Positions 18,980 through 27,625 of a stretch of DNA of 64,000 nt are shown piece by piece. Both the position numbers and the translations under genes were made by a program. How positions within the stretch are numbered: position 1 is the first letter of the stretch; every line of letters begins with the position of its first letter. This DNA is from Paludibacteraceae bacterium. GTDB lineage: Bacteria; Bacteroidota; Bacteroidia; Bacteroidales; Paludibacteraceae. The notes beneath the pieces are model-generated. The model was not told the origin of the DNA. It searched no databases and saw nothing but the letters and a program-made list of their open reading frames with translations. Location: NCBI GenBank assembly GCA_024401475.1, contig JAKSKZ010000013.1:6284-70283 (forward strand), written 5' to 3'.

Positions 18980-19576
18980 TTAGTTGACAAACTGATAAAC
19001 AAAGTGTTTGAGAACGTCGGGGACTGTCGCTATTGTGTAAATCAGTCCAAAAATGGCACCGGAAATGTGTGCTTCGTGACCTATATGGTCTCTGTTCCTT
19101 TTGGCCATATACCAAGAATATGCAAGATATAAAACGGCGAAAATGATGGCTTTAATAGGTATAGCAAAGAAAATGTAAATGTTTGATAATGGGTTGATTA
19201 GTATGTACGAAAAAACAACGGCATTTACTGCACCAGAGGCTCCTACCGCAGTATAAAAAGGGTCGTCTTTGTGGCTTGATAGAGAGATGAGCGATGAAGC
19301 AGGAATGGCAAGAATATAGAGTAATGGAAATAAAAACGCTTTCTCAAATCCTTGATAAACAAATTCTTGTGTTTGCCCGAAAAAGTACAACACCAACATG
19401 TTCATTAGCAGATGTTCCCAGTTGGCATGGACAAAAGCATTGGTTATAAGACGATAATATTGTTTGCGGTGAACAATATCGTAGGCGTTAAATGATAGTT
19501 TGCTAAATAAAGCACTGTCTTGAAAAGCCAAATAAGAGATGACGCAAGTGATCCCTATTATGATTAATGTTATCAT
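18980..19576 (-). CDS. rhomboid family intramembrane serine protease
   Basis: 198 aa and polytopic. It has the nucleophile motif GASGA (AVGASGAVNAVVF) and the catalytic His in a late TM segment (HEAHISGAIFG). Confidence 0.85.
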   Translation of the reverse strand: MITLIIIGITCVISYLAFQDSALFSKLSFNAYDIVHRKQYYRLITNAFVHANWEHLLMNMLVLYFFGQTQEFVYQGFEKAFLFPLLYILAIPASSLISLSSHKDDPFYTAVGASGAVNAVVFSYILINPLSNIYIFFAIPIKAIIFAVLYLAYSWYMAKRNRDHIGHEAHISGAIFGLIYTIATVPDVLKHFVYQFVN

Positions 19577-19579
19577 TTT

Positions 19580-20224
19580 CTATTGTTTTGTGTTTGAGAG
19601 GTAATGTTTACAAAAATTCGATATTCCGCACTCTTCGCATTTAGGACTTCTGGCTGTGCATGTATAGCGACCGTGAAGGAGCAACCAATGGTGAGCTTTG
19701 GATAGAATTTGTGCGGGGATATTCTTTACGAGAACTTTCTCCACTTCGATAGGTGTCTTGCCATTGTTGGTCAAACCAATCCTATTGGATACACGGAATA
19801 CATGAGTGTCAACGGGCATGGCTGGTTGGTCAAAGGCAACTGCCATAATGACATTGGCCGTTTTTCGTCCTACTCCTGGCAATTTTTGTAGTGACTCAGG
19901 ATCGTTAGGAACAATTCCATTGAAGTCTTGTTCAAGCATGACCGCCATGTCGTGCAGGTGCTGTGCTTTGCTATTAGGGTAAGATATACTATGAATGTAT
20001 TCAAGAATCTCGTTCACTGATGCTTGCGACATTGATTTTGCATCTGGCAAAGCTTTGAACAAAGCAGGGGTAACCATGTTTACACGTTTGTCCGTGCATT
20101 GTGCTGAAAGGACAACAGCAACTAACAATTCAAAGTTGTTTGAGAAATCCAATTCGCTTTTGGCGTCTGGAGCGTTATGGATGAACCAATCCAAAACCTG
20201 ATTGTATCGTTCTTTTGTTGTCAT
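19580..20224 (-). CDS. nth: endonuclease III
   Basis: The start is refined to the ATG at 20222-20224 (MTTKERYNQ). It has the HhH-GPD motif LPGVGRKTANVI and the C-terminal 4Fe-4S ligands CTARSPKCEECGISNFC. Confidence 0.9.
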   Translation of the reverse strand: MTTKERYNQVLDWFIHNAPDAKSELDFSNNFELLVAVVLSAQCTDKRVNMVTPALFKALPDAKSMSQASVNEILEYIHSISYPNSKAQHLHDMAVMLEQDFNGIVPNDPESLQKLPGVGRKTANVIMAVAFDQPAMPVDTHVFRVSNRIGLTNNGKTPIEVEKVLVKNIPAQILSKAHHWLLLHGRYTCTARSPKCEECGISNFCKHYLSNTKQ

Positions 20225-20314
20225 AGTATATTTATTCCTAAAAAAAGAGAACAACAAGGGGGCTTGTGTTCTCTTTCAAATCTTATATATTAATAAGAAG
20301 TATCTTGCCTTATA

Positions 20315-20716
20315 TTAGAAAGGTAGGTCGCTTGCCGAATCAGCTGCTGGAGCAGGAGCATCTGCTGCCGTATAGGCAGGTGCTGATCCTAAACCTGCAC
20401 CGAAATTAGGACTTTGCGTAGGCTGTTGAACAGCAGCAGCTACGTTTTGTGGTGCGGAAACTCTCCAAGCTCTAATGTCGTTATACCAACGGCCATTATA
20501 CTCGCGACAATCTATATCAAAGCTAACTGTATATTCTTGACCTTGTTGAATGTTGAATTTTTCGATATTGTCACCCCATACGTTAAAACTCATCTTTTTT
20601 GGATATTGTTGATCCAAACTGTGCTCAATAACGTAATCTTGCTTTTTCCACTCGCCTCTTGCGCTTGTGCCGCTTTGCAAAGGGAGTACAGCTATAATTC
20701 TACCAGTTACTTCCAT
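20315..20716 (-). CDS. DUF3127 domain-containing protein
   Basis: 133 aa. The N-terminal MEVTGRIIAVLPLQSGTSARGEWKKQDYVIE...SFDIDCREYNGRWYNDIRAWRV is the pattern I know as the Bacteroidota DUF3127 OB-like family. The tail is A/P-rich. Confidence 0.78.
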   Translation of the reverse strand: MEVTGRIIAVLPLQSGTSARGEWKKQDYVIEHSLDQQYPKKMSFNVWGDNIEKFNIQQGQEYTVSFDIDCREYNGRWYNDIRAWRVSAPQNVAAAVQQPTQSPNFGAGLGSAPAYTAADAPAPAADSASDLPF

Positions 20717-20800
20717 TTTTTTTCTACTATATTAATATGCAAATATAGAAAGAAAATATGAAGTAGTCTTCACTCTAAATCTATTTTGTTGCTCTTAAAT

Positions 20801-20823
20801 TAGAACGAACGTTCGGTTTATAA
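20801..20823. repeat. left arm of a 23-bp inverted repeat (partner at 23152..23174)
   Basis: tagaacgaacgttcggtttataa compared with the reverse complement of 23152-23174, tagaacgaacgttcagtatataa, gives 21 of 23 identical, including a 14-nt perfect run. Confidence 0.6.
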
Positions 20824-20828
20824 GGATG

Positions 20829-21476
20829 CTATTTTGAGAGTTCCTCGAATGTATTGTCAGAATAGAGGATGATGATCTTTTTGATTGTTCGAGGTTGAGG
20901 AGCAACAGTTGAGACAATTTGCTGAATGGGTTGCTGCTGAATGGTCGGCGTAACTTGAGTTTGTTGCTGAACCTGAATTGGCTGTTGTTGTGAATTTATT
21001 TGGTTTCCCAAATTTTGTTGACTAACAAAGACTCCACCTTCTTCCTTCTTTTGTAAATTATTGACTTGAGCAACATTCTCAACTGTATTTGTTGCATTCT
21101 CTTTGGGATGTACTTCCGGATTTGTTTTTGTAGAAGGTGCAGTTAACTCGTTCTGCGTTGAATTTTTCGGCTCATCATCCAGAAGATCGTCAAATAACGT
21201 ACGCATAAAAGGTTCATTTTTGGTTGTTTTTATTGTAATATTTTGATTTTGTGTTTGTTGCGTGTCATTTTTGTACATATTTCCAGTTCCCATAATTAGC
21301 CATTCTGGATTAATTTTAGGAAAAGCGGTCAAAATATTCTGCACGACATCCATACTTGGCTTATTTCTACCATTAATAATATGTGTAATAGCAGAAGCTT
21401 GTATCTTTATCATCTCAGCGAAGCTCTTACGCGTCAAATTTTCGCTATTTAAGATTTCCTGAATTCTATCTTTCAT
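20829..21476 (-). CDS. XRE-family helix-turn-helix protein with Q/N/T-rich low-complexity tail
   Basis: The start is refined to the ATG at 21474-21476 (MKDRIQEIL). The HTH segment is LTRKSFAEMIKIQASAITHIINGRNKPSMDVVQNIL. The C-terminal half is glutamine-rich (QQPIQVQQQTQVTPTIQQQPIQQ). Confidence 0.75.
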   Translation of the reverse strand: MKDRIQEILNSENLTRKSFAEMIKIQASAITHIINGRNKPSMDVVQNILTAFPKINPEWLIMGTGNMYKNDTQQTQNQNITIKTTKNEPFMRTLFDDLLDDEPKNSTQNELTAPSTKTNPEVHPKENATNTVENVAQVNNLQKKEEGGVFVSQQNLGNQINSQQQPIQVQQQTQVTPTIQQQPIQQIVSTVAPQPRTIKKIIILYSDNTFEELSK

Positions 21477-21520
21477 AAATATACATTTTGTATTATGTAA
21501 AGCATAAGAAATGTAAAGTA

Positions 21521-21540
21521 ATGACATTTGTAAATGTCAT
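21521..21540. promoter_or_regulatory. perfect palindrome upstream of the HTH gene (candidate operator)
   Basis: atgacattt-gt-aaatgtcat has 9-bp perfect arms and lies 45 nt upstream of the HTH start codon. It shares the acatttgtaa core of the repeated motif further upstream. Confidence 0.45.
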
Positions 21541-21548
21541 ATCACATC

Positions 21549-22538
21549 ACAAATGTAACAATAATTTTAGATTTGTGCAAATTACATTTGTAACCTAATT
21601 CTATACAATACAAATGTAAAGTGATACCGATATACAAATGTAATGCATGCGTATTGGCTTGTATGGTACAATTGTAAACCAACATCTATGTTGTATAGAG
21701 AGAAATTAATAGTTATTATGGCAGATCATTATGTCCTATCTTAGGATAACTCACCCTCATAAAATAGAGAAAGGATTCACCATCCCTCTGGTTCGTTATA
21801 GAGTATATTGTTTATTATCAATGAAAATAGCATAGAACGGGGCTCGTCTATAATGCAAATACATGTTCAGGTAGTTGGAGTACTCCTGTGTGGCTAATAA
21901 ACATCAATGATGCCACCAGAAGATAGAAATCTTTATTTATCTATATATCAAGTAGCTAAAAAGAGGCGATTGGATAGAAAAAAAGCCTATTACTACAATA
22001 TTTTGACAAGTATAAACAATTTATTATAGAAGAGTTATAGGTATAAAATCTTAGTGTTGGTTTAGATTTTAAGAATCGAAGAGTATTTAGGTGGGTAGGA
22101 TCAAGAATACAAAGTAGAGTGTAATATATAAATATCTTGATATCAGTTGTTTGAGTGTATTTCATTCAGGCATCTGAAGGTAGCCTTTTTGCACAAAACA
22201 GTCTATATCTAACGTATAACATTAGATTTTATGTGTAAGTCATTGGTTTTAATGGCAATATATTGCAATTATATATCTATAACAACACGATTCCATGGCA
22301 AAAATTACATTAATGCATGGAAATAGCATTCAATGGTTTAGATTTTATATTCTAAACCATTGGTTTTGTGTTGTTTATGTCATATTGATTTAATGTTCGT
22401 TTTACTCTGTATTAAAAGTTGATTACAAATGTACAACTGTATTAAAGCTGTTAATTGTTTTACTTTTGTATTGTTTTATGTTGTTTAGTTCTTTTTTATC
22501 AATTTGAATCCGTTTTACATTTGTATTTACATTTGTAA
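21549..22538. repeat. cluster of at least 8 copies of the motif TTACATTTGTA(A) / TACAAATGTAA in both orientations
   Basis: Copies lie at 21549-21558, 21582-21593, 21608-21620, 21633-21643, 21667-21677 (variant), 22423-22433, 22515-22525 and 22527-22538. The last two are in tandem with 12-bp spacing. Confidence 0.75.
22331..22375 (+). terminator. strong hairpin plus T-rich tail inside the ORF-free region (terminator-like)
   Basis: A 12-bp perfect stem (caatggtttaga at 22331-22342, tctaaaccattg at 22351-22362) encloses an 8-nt loop and is followed by gttttgtgttgttt. No protein gene lies upstream of it. Confidence 0.3.
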
Positions 22539-23151
22539 ACCGTTTATCTTTGTTTTACCTAATTTAGTAATAACCAATGATATTTACAATACTACTCTCC
22601 TATTTATTTAGATTAATTGATATGTATCATCTTGTATTTTGTTATAGTTCCATGTCTAACCATCTCCTCTATTCTATTCATAATGGACAATTCATATCTA
22701 TTTCATTTGTCTAATCTATTATTAATCAATAGTTTGAATGATTGTTGAAAACTTAATCAGAGAATTCTTGTTCAATCAAATTATCTTTATTAAGAGAAAT
22801 ATCAATTTTTTACTTTCATACCACAAATGGTCATAATTGAACCATACAATCTTTATTTGTCGACGTTTAGATTTGTAAAGCACACCTTTTATGGCATTTT
22901 GCATATAATTCCAAATCAAATTAGTCAATGATCCCCCTCGATTAGGAACAAACTAAACATACATTCAATATTTTTTCTATAGCTCGATTTATCACTTCCT
23001 GGATTACCTATTTGCTTATCAACTACACGAATTTCACCATCCATTCGATTCTCATTGAGTTAAATCGGCTGTATTTTATATATATATTATTGTTATTTAG
23101 TTATTTATGTTCAAAAATTCTATGCTCTCCTATTCCAGTAATTTAGAATTT

Positions 23152-23174
23152 TTATATACTGAACGTTCGTTCTA
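23152..23174. repeat. right arm of the 23-bp inverted repeat (partner at 20801..20823)
   Basis: The plus strand reads ttatatactgaacgttcgttcta. Its reverse complement matches 20801-20823 at 21 of 23 positions. Confidence 0.6.
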
Positions 23175-23603
23175 TTTCCATTTTACTTTGTATCGTAATT
23201 ATATTCATGATTATTAAGTTTTCTTTATTATTGTTTCGTTTGAAAAATAAAAGGATCAGTGCTAAATTGAGCTCATTTTATCCAGTTACTATCCTTTCCT
23301 TTTTCGAGTACAAATTAAGAAGGTATATGTGCTAATGGATTGCATATTTGAAATTATTTAAAAAATAGAGGCATATGATTATTACTGATTGTGCTGTGGG
23401 GCACTTTCATTTGCAACAATGTTGCTGCTTTTGATGTGTACGGACAAAACTTCGCCCCTATTTTGATGGAGTTTTTGGGAATGTGAACTTATTTTAAGCC
23501 TCAAATCGTTTTTCTCTATTAGGCTTTATAAACGACGAGAAAAAGGCTATACGCTCGTCTATTTTCCTTATTTTTGTGCATTGTTAACTCTCAAAGGCAA
23601 ATT

Positions 23604-24257
23604 ATGATGACAAATAAGAAAAGAGTCTATAAATGGATCTTTATTGTCTTGGGATTGATTATTCTTCTTGCCATTTTCTATGTTGTGAGAAGAGAGAGTT
23701 CTTTGCAATACAAAATCCCTTATAAGCATTTGTTGCTGCAGTCTAAAAAGTATGGACTTGACACTTCTGTTTGTTTTTACGTTGATTATACCATACCATC
23801 AGGAAGTCGTAGATTTTTCATCTGCGACCTCTTGAATAACACCATTCTCTACTCTGATTATTGTATGCATGGACCTGGGAAAGGTAGCACGGTTGAGCGT
23901 CCCGTTTTTAGTAATGAAATAGGAAGCAATTGCTCATCTTTGGGGGCATTCCGAGTCTGTCGAAATCAATGGGGATATAGACTAAAAGAAAAGAGAAGTA
24001 GGAAGATTGTAGGACTGGAAAGGAGAAATGACCAAGCGGAAACACGAGGGTTGATGATTCATGATTCGAGATTCTTAGATTCTATAGTGATGTTACAGCC
24101 TATTTTAAAAAAGAAGTATCTGCCCTTGAATGCTTCTTCATCTTCAGGGTGCGTTACAATCACTACGAAGGGATTTTCAAAAGTTAGAGGTCTGGTAAAA
24201 GCCAAGGATAAAGATATATTGCTTTATACGGATTATCCAACTAATGGTCCTAAATAG
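23604..24257 (+). CDS. L,D-transpeptidase catalytic domain family protein (YkuD_2-like)
   Basis: The first ATG is at 23604; the track start at 23574 is not an ATG-supported N terminus. There is an N-terminal TM anchor, plus HGPGKGS, GLMIHDS and the catalytic-Cys context SSSGCVTI. Confidence 0.72.
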   Translation: MMTNKKRVYKWIFIVLGLIILLAIFYVVRRESSLQYKIPYKHLLLQSKKYGLDTSVCFYVDYTIPSGSRRFFICDLLNNTILYSDYCMHGPGKGSTVERPVFSNEIGSNCSSLGAFRVCRNQWGYRLKEKRSRKIVGLERRNDQAETRGLMIHDSRFLDSIVMLQPILKKKYLPLNASSSSGCVTITTKGFSKVRGLVKAKDKDILLYTDYPTNGPK

Positions 24258-24387
24258 ATTACATTTTAATCTGAGATTTTGTAAATATTAGTCACTGTGA
24301 TTATGGATTTCCTTTTTTCAAAGTTGGATTATTCCCCTTCTTTTCGTATATTCGCTTTAGTGAATTATTGATTTTATAAACTAAATT

Positions 24388-25506
24388 ATGGAGAAAAATA
24401 ATTACAAGGAGATTGAAACGATTTCGGCATTAAATGATGCCATGGCAAATGCGACATTAGGGGTTTTAGAACATATGGCCTTCCAAGAAATCGACTTTAC
24501 TTCTATAAAAAACACGGATATTCGCTTCAAAGACTGTTTATTTTTAGGATGCTTGATTCCTAATGATTTACAAATGCGAATGGATGACGAATGTGTCGTA
24601 TTTCCAAATATTCGTATGCCTTTTAATGTATTTCCTAGTGCTTTGTACAATGCGGATTCTCTTTATAAAGGATACGATCCGGAAAATGAAGATTCCTTTA
24701 ATGTTTGTTACGATACGACAGTTTATCAGCACTATATAGCCAATGGCAAGCAGGCGAAGGATATTAAGGAGACTTTGACCCGCTCTTTGCACGATCATTT
24801 TATCTCCGACGCAATGTATGATTTGTTGGCAAATTATAGCGAACGGTCTGTTGTTGGAATAATGGGAGGCCATTCGCTAAAGAGAGATGATGCCGGATAT
24901 CGTAAAATCGTATTGATTAGCAAGGAATTAACAGAAAAAGGACGATTGATGATGAGCGGTGGTGGTCCGGGAGCTATGGAAGCCACACATTTGGGTGCTT
25001 GGATGGCAGGAAGAAGTGTTGAAGAGGTGGATGATGCTATCAAAATCCTATGTGATGCCTCGTTGAGTTTCAATGGAGGCAAATGGCTCTCTTCTGCTTT
25101 CAAGGTGATGAAGAAATATCCAAGAGATGAAAAGTATAGAAGTTTGGGCATTCCGACTTGGTTCTATGGTCATGAACCAGCGACGCCGTTTGCTTCTGAT
25201 ATTGCTAAATATTTTGACAATAGTATTCGTGAAGACGGAATATTGGCCATTGCTAAGGGCGGCATCATTTACACGCCTGGTAGTGCCGGTACTATCCAAG
25301 AGGTCTTCCAAGATGCAGCTCAAAACCACTACACCACTTTCGGCTATGCGAGTCCAATGGTCTTCTTAGGCGAAGATTTCTTTACGAAAGATGTTCCGGT
25401 CTATCCATTTATTCAGAACATGGTGGAATGCGGCAGATACAAGAATATGATTCTTTCCATTACAGACGACCCTGCTGTCGTGGTTGATAAGATTATGAAT
25501 TGGTAA
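24388..25506 (+). CDS. LOG-family (TIGR00730-like) nucleotide-binding protein with N-terminal extension
   Basis: 372 aa. It carries the LOG signature motifs SGGGPGAMEATHLGA and YTPGSAGTIQEVFQ. Confidence 0.78.
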   Translation: MEKNNYKEIETISALNDAMANATLGVLEHMAFQEIDFTSIKNTDIRFKDCLFLGCLIPNDLQMRMDDECVVFPNIRMPFNVFPSALYNADSLYKGYDPENEDSFNVCYDTTVYQHYIANGKQAKDIKETLTRSLHDHFISDAMYDLLANYSERSVVGIMGGHSLKRDDAGYRKIVLISKELTEKGRLMMSGGGPGAMEATHLGAWMAGRSVEEVDDAIKILCDASLSFNGGKWLSSAFKVMKKYPRDEKYRSLGIPTWFYGHEPATPFASDIAKYFDNSIREDGILAIAKGGIIYTPGSAGTIQEVFQDAAQNHYTTFGYASPMVFLGEDFFTKDVPVYPFIQNMVECGRYKNMILSITDDPAVVVDKIMNW

Positions 25507-25521
25507 ATTTTGGTTTAGTAC

Positions 25522-25562
25522 AAAAATCCACGGATTAGAAACCTAATTCGTGGATTTTTTGT
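25522..25562 (+). terminator. rho-independent terminator after the LOG-family gene
   Basis: atccacggattag / ctaattcgtggat form a 13-bp stem with one G-U pair, followed by tttttgtttt. It lies about 20 nt after the stop codon. Confidence 0.7.
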
Positions 25563-25856
25563 TTTGTCCCAAACTTTGTGATGTTTGGTGTTTGTTAATC
25601 AGTTAGTATAAATCCAACCTCTCTGACAACTTTACCCAAGGCATTGGTTGTTCAAACTATTTCAGAAAAAAAACTAATCAAAAAACATTGGCGATATGAG
25701 TAATGAAAATGTATATCACATCGAAGGCGTGATATGCAATCATTGCCTTATGAGGGCTTCTTCTTGATGTACATTTTTTCCAATTCCCTAGTTTGTTTGG
25801 GAGAATAGAAGAATCAATATGTAAATATATCTGTACATTTCCAGTTAATTAGCAAA

Positions 25857-27347
25857 TCACTTTTTTTCTATATAAGCTTTAACCATTATGCTATTTTTGT
25901 TTGTGTTTTCTTTTACGGCAAGACTTATTGTATCTCCATTAGTTTTGAATTTTAATTGGTAACCGCTGATCCAATTCGAGTAAAGAATATGGATATTTAG
26001 CGTATTCTCGTCTTCCCATCCATAGCAACTTGCCACGGAGAAGCCGTTTTTCAGCCCTTTAAAGCGATTGACAGCCTTGATAGTGTATGGAGGACATACG
26101 GATGTTTGAACGCTTTCCCAATGCTCTCTTCCCGCCTTTACGTTGTATGTTTCTCCAGTGTTGGTTGTAATAGATATAGATAGCCCTTCTCCGTCTGGAT
26201 TAAGGCGTACCGATTTCCATTCCATGGGATTTTTATCTATTTGAATAGTCTTGCCAAGGAGCGGACTATAGACAGGAGTCGGTATACTGCATTTTTCGGT
26301 TGGAATCATATATCTCTTTTCTGCCTGTTGTAGATCTTCGAAAGCCTTACCTTCTTTCAAAGGAATATCAGTTACAGTTTTTAAAAGATTCCAAACGAGA
26401 TTGCGTTCGTACACTCCGTTTCCTACGTTGGCTTGTGTGATGGCGAAAACCATATCCTCATTGGGTGCAACGATGATGTATTGTCCATAGGCTCCGTCTG
26501 CTCGATAGGCATTAGGATAATTGCATGGCCAAGTCTGATAGCCGTATGCACCTTTTTGTTCCGTCTCTATTTGTTTCTTTGTCATTTCTTTGATCCATTG
26601 GGCAGAGACGAGTTGCTCGCCCTCCCATTTCCCTTGATTGAGAAGCAATTGTCCGAATTTTGCCATAGACAATGCTGATAGTCGTAGTCCCCATCCGCCT
26701 GTGTTATAGCCTTCTGGACTCTCCTCCCATTCGGCATCGGCGATTTGGAGCGGAAGAAAGATCCGTTCGTTTAAAAGGTCAATCACTTTCTTTCCTGTAA
26801 CTTCCTGGACGATAGCTGATAACAGATAGCTCACCATCGAATCATATTTAAAATCCACGCCTGGTGTCTGAATCTTCTTTTTAAGAAAATATCTGATCCA
26901 ATCGTTATGATTGTTTCTCATCACCCAATCTGGTCGTATGCCAGACGACATGGTAAGTAGATGCTTGATTGACAAGGCTTTTAAATTTTCCGAAACAGAA
27001 TCGGGAAGCAATTGAGGAAAAAAACGGATGACTTTGTCTTCTAATTGCAGTTTGCCGTCTTCGATGGCTAAGCCGACCGCAATGCCTACGAATGTCTTTG
27101 ATACAGAATAGAGTGTATGCTGATTGCTTACAGCAAACGGTTGAGGGGCAAATTCTCCAATGATATTTCCATGGCGAAGGATGACTATCTGATGAGCTTC
27201 GCTTTTTTGTAAATTCATCATCGCCTCATAATAGGCCAAGATTTCCTTAGAATCAACTCCTTGTGATTCTGGCGATACTCGTTTTAGTTCGGCAGACGTC
27301 CAATACGGAATAAATGAAAGGAGAAAAAGAATACACAATTTCTTCAT
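25857..27347 (-). CDS. serine hydrolase (class C beta-lactamase / PBP-like fold) with C-terminal extra domain
   Basis: The start is refined to the ATG at 27345-27347 (MKKLCILFLLSF signal peptide). It has the SxxK active-site motif (YSVSKTF). The roughly 150-aa beta-rich C-terminal extension is of unknown function. Confidence 0.82.
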   Translation of the reverse strand: MKKLCILFLLSFIPYWTSAELKRVSPESQGVDSKEILAYYEAMMNLQKSEAHQIVILRHGNIIGEFAPQPFAVSNQHTLYSVSKTFVGIAVGLAIEDGKLQLEDKVIRFFPQLLPDSVSENLKALSIKHLLTMSSGIRPDWVMRNNHNDWIRYFLKKKIQTPGVDFKYDSMVSYLLSAIVQEVTGKKVIDLLNERIFLPLQIADAEWEESPEGYNTGGWGLRLSALSMAKFGQLLLNQGKWEGEQLVSAQWIKEMTKKQIETEQKGAYGYQTWPCNYPNAYRADGAYGQYIIVAPNEDMVFAITQANVGNGVYERNLVWNLLKTVTDIPLKEGKAFEDLQQAEKRYMIPTEKCSIPTPVYSPLLGKTIQIDKNPMEWKSVRLNPDGEGLSISITTNTGETYNVKAGREHWESVQTSVCPPYTIKAVNRFKGLKNGFSVASCYGWEDENTLNIHILYSNWISGYQLKFKTNGDTISLAVKENTNKNSIMVKAYIEKK

Positions 27348-27625
27348 ATTACATTTTTTTGAAAGTAAAACAGGCGAACGGAAGAATAAACCTCGCATTC
27401 GCCTGTCTGTAAATCTATCAATTAGAGCAAATTAAGGTGACCTATAAATTCACCGTTTATAATTTTTAGTAATAAGTGACTCTTTATAAACTTTTGGGTG
27501 TTTTTTGATTTTTTTTGGTGCATCTTGCTTGTCAGTCAGTCACAATGCTCGCACTGTTCCTTCCTTCCGCTCATCCAAAAAATCTCAAAAATTCTTCGAA
27601 ATCAATTTGTAAAGGTCGCTTTGAC

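Noticed and set aside
21956-22165. 69-aa minus-strand ORF, the only listed ORF in the 2.1-kb gap.
   Set aside because: Its I/L/Y/K/N-rich composition is what AT-rich DNA yields by chance. It has no convincing start context or motif, so I did not call it.
21477-23603. The AT-rich repeat-bearing region considered as a replication origin (oriC).
   Set aside because: I found no cluster of DnaA boxes (TTATCCACA). There are only isolated one-mismatch strings such as tgtggctaa near 21889 and ttatccag near 23277. No dnaA, dnaN or other origin-linked genes lie adjacent.
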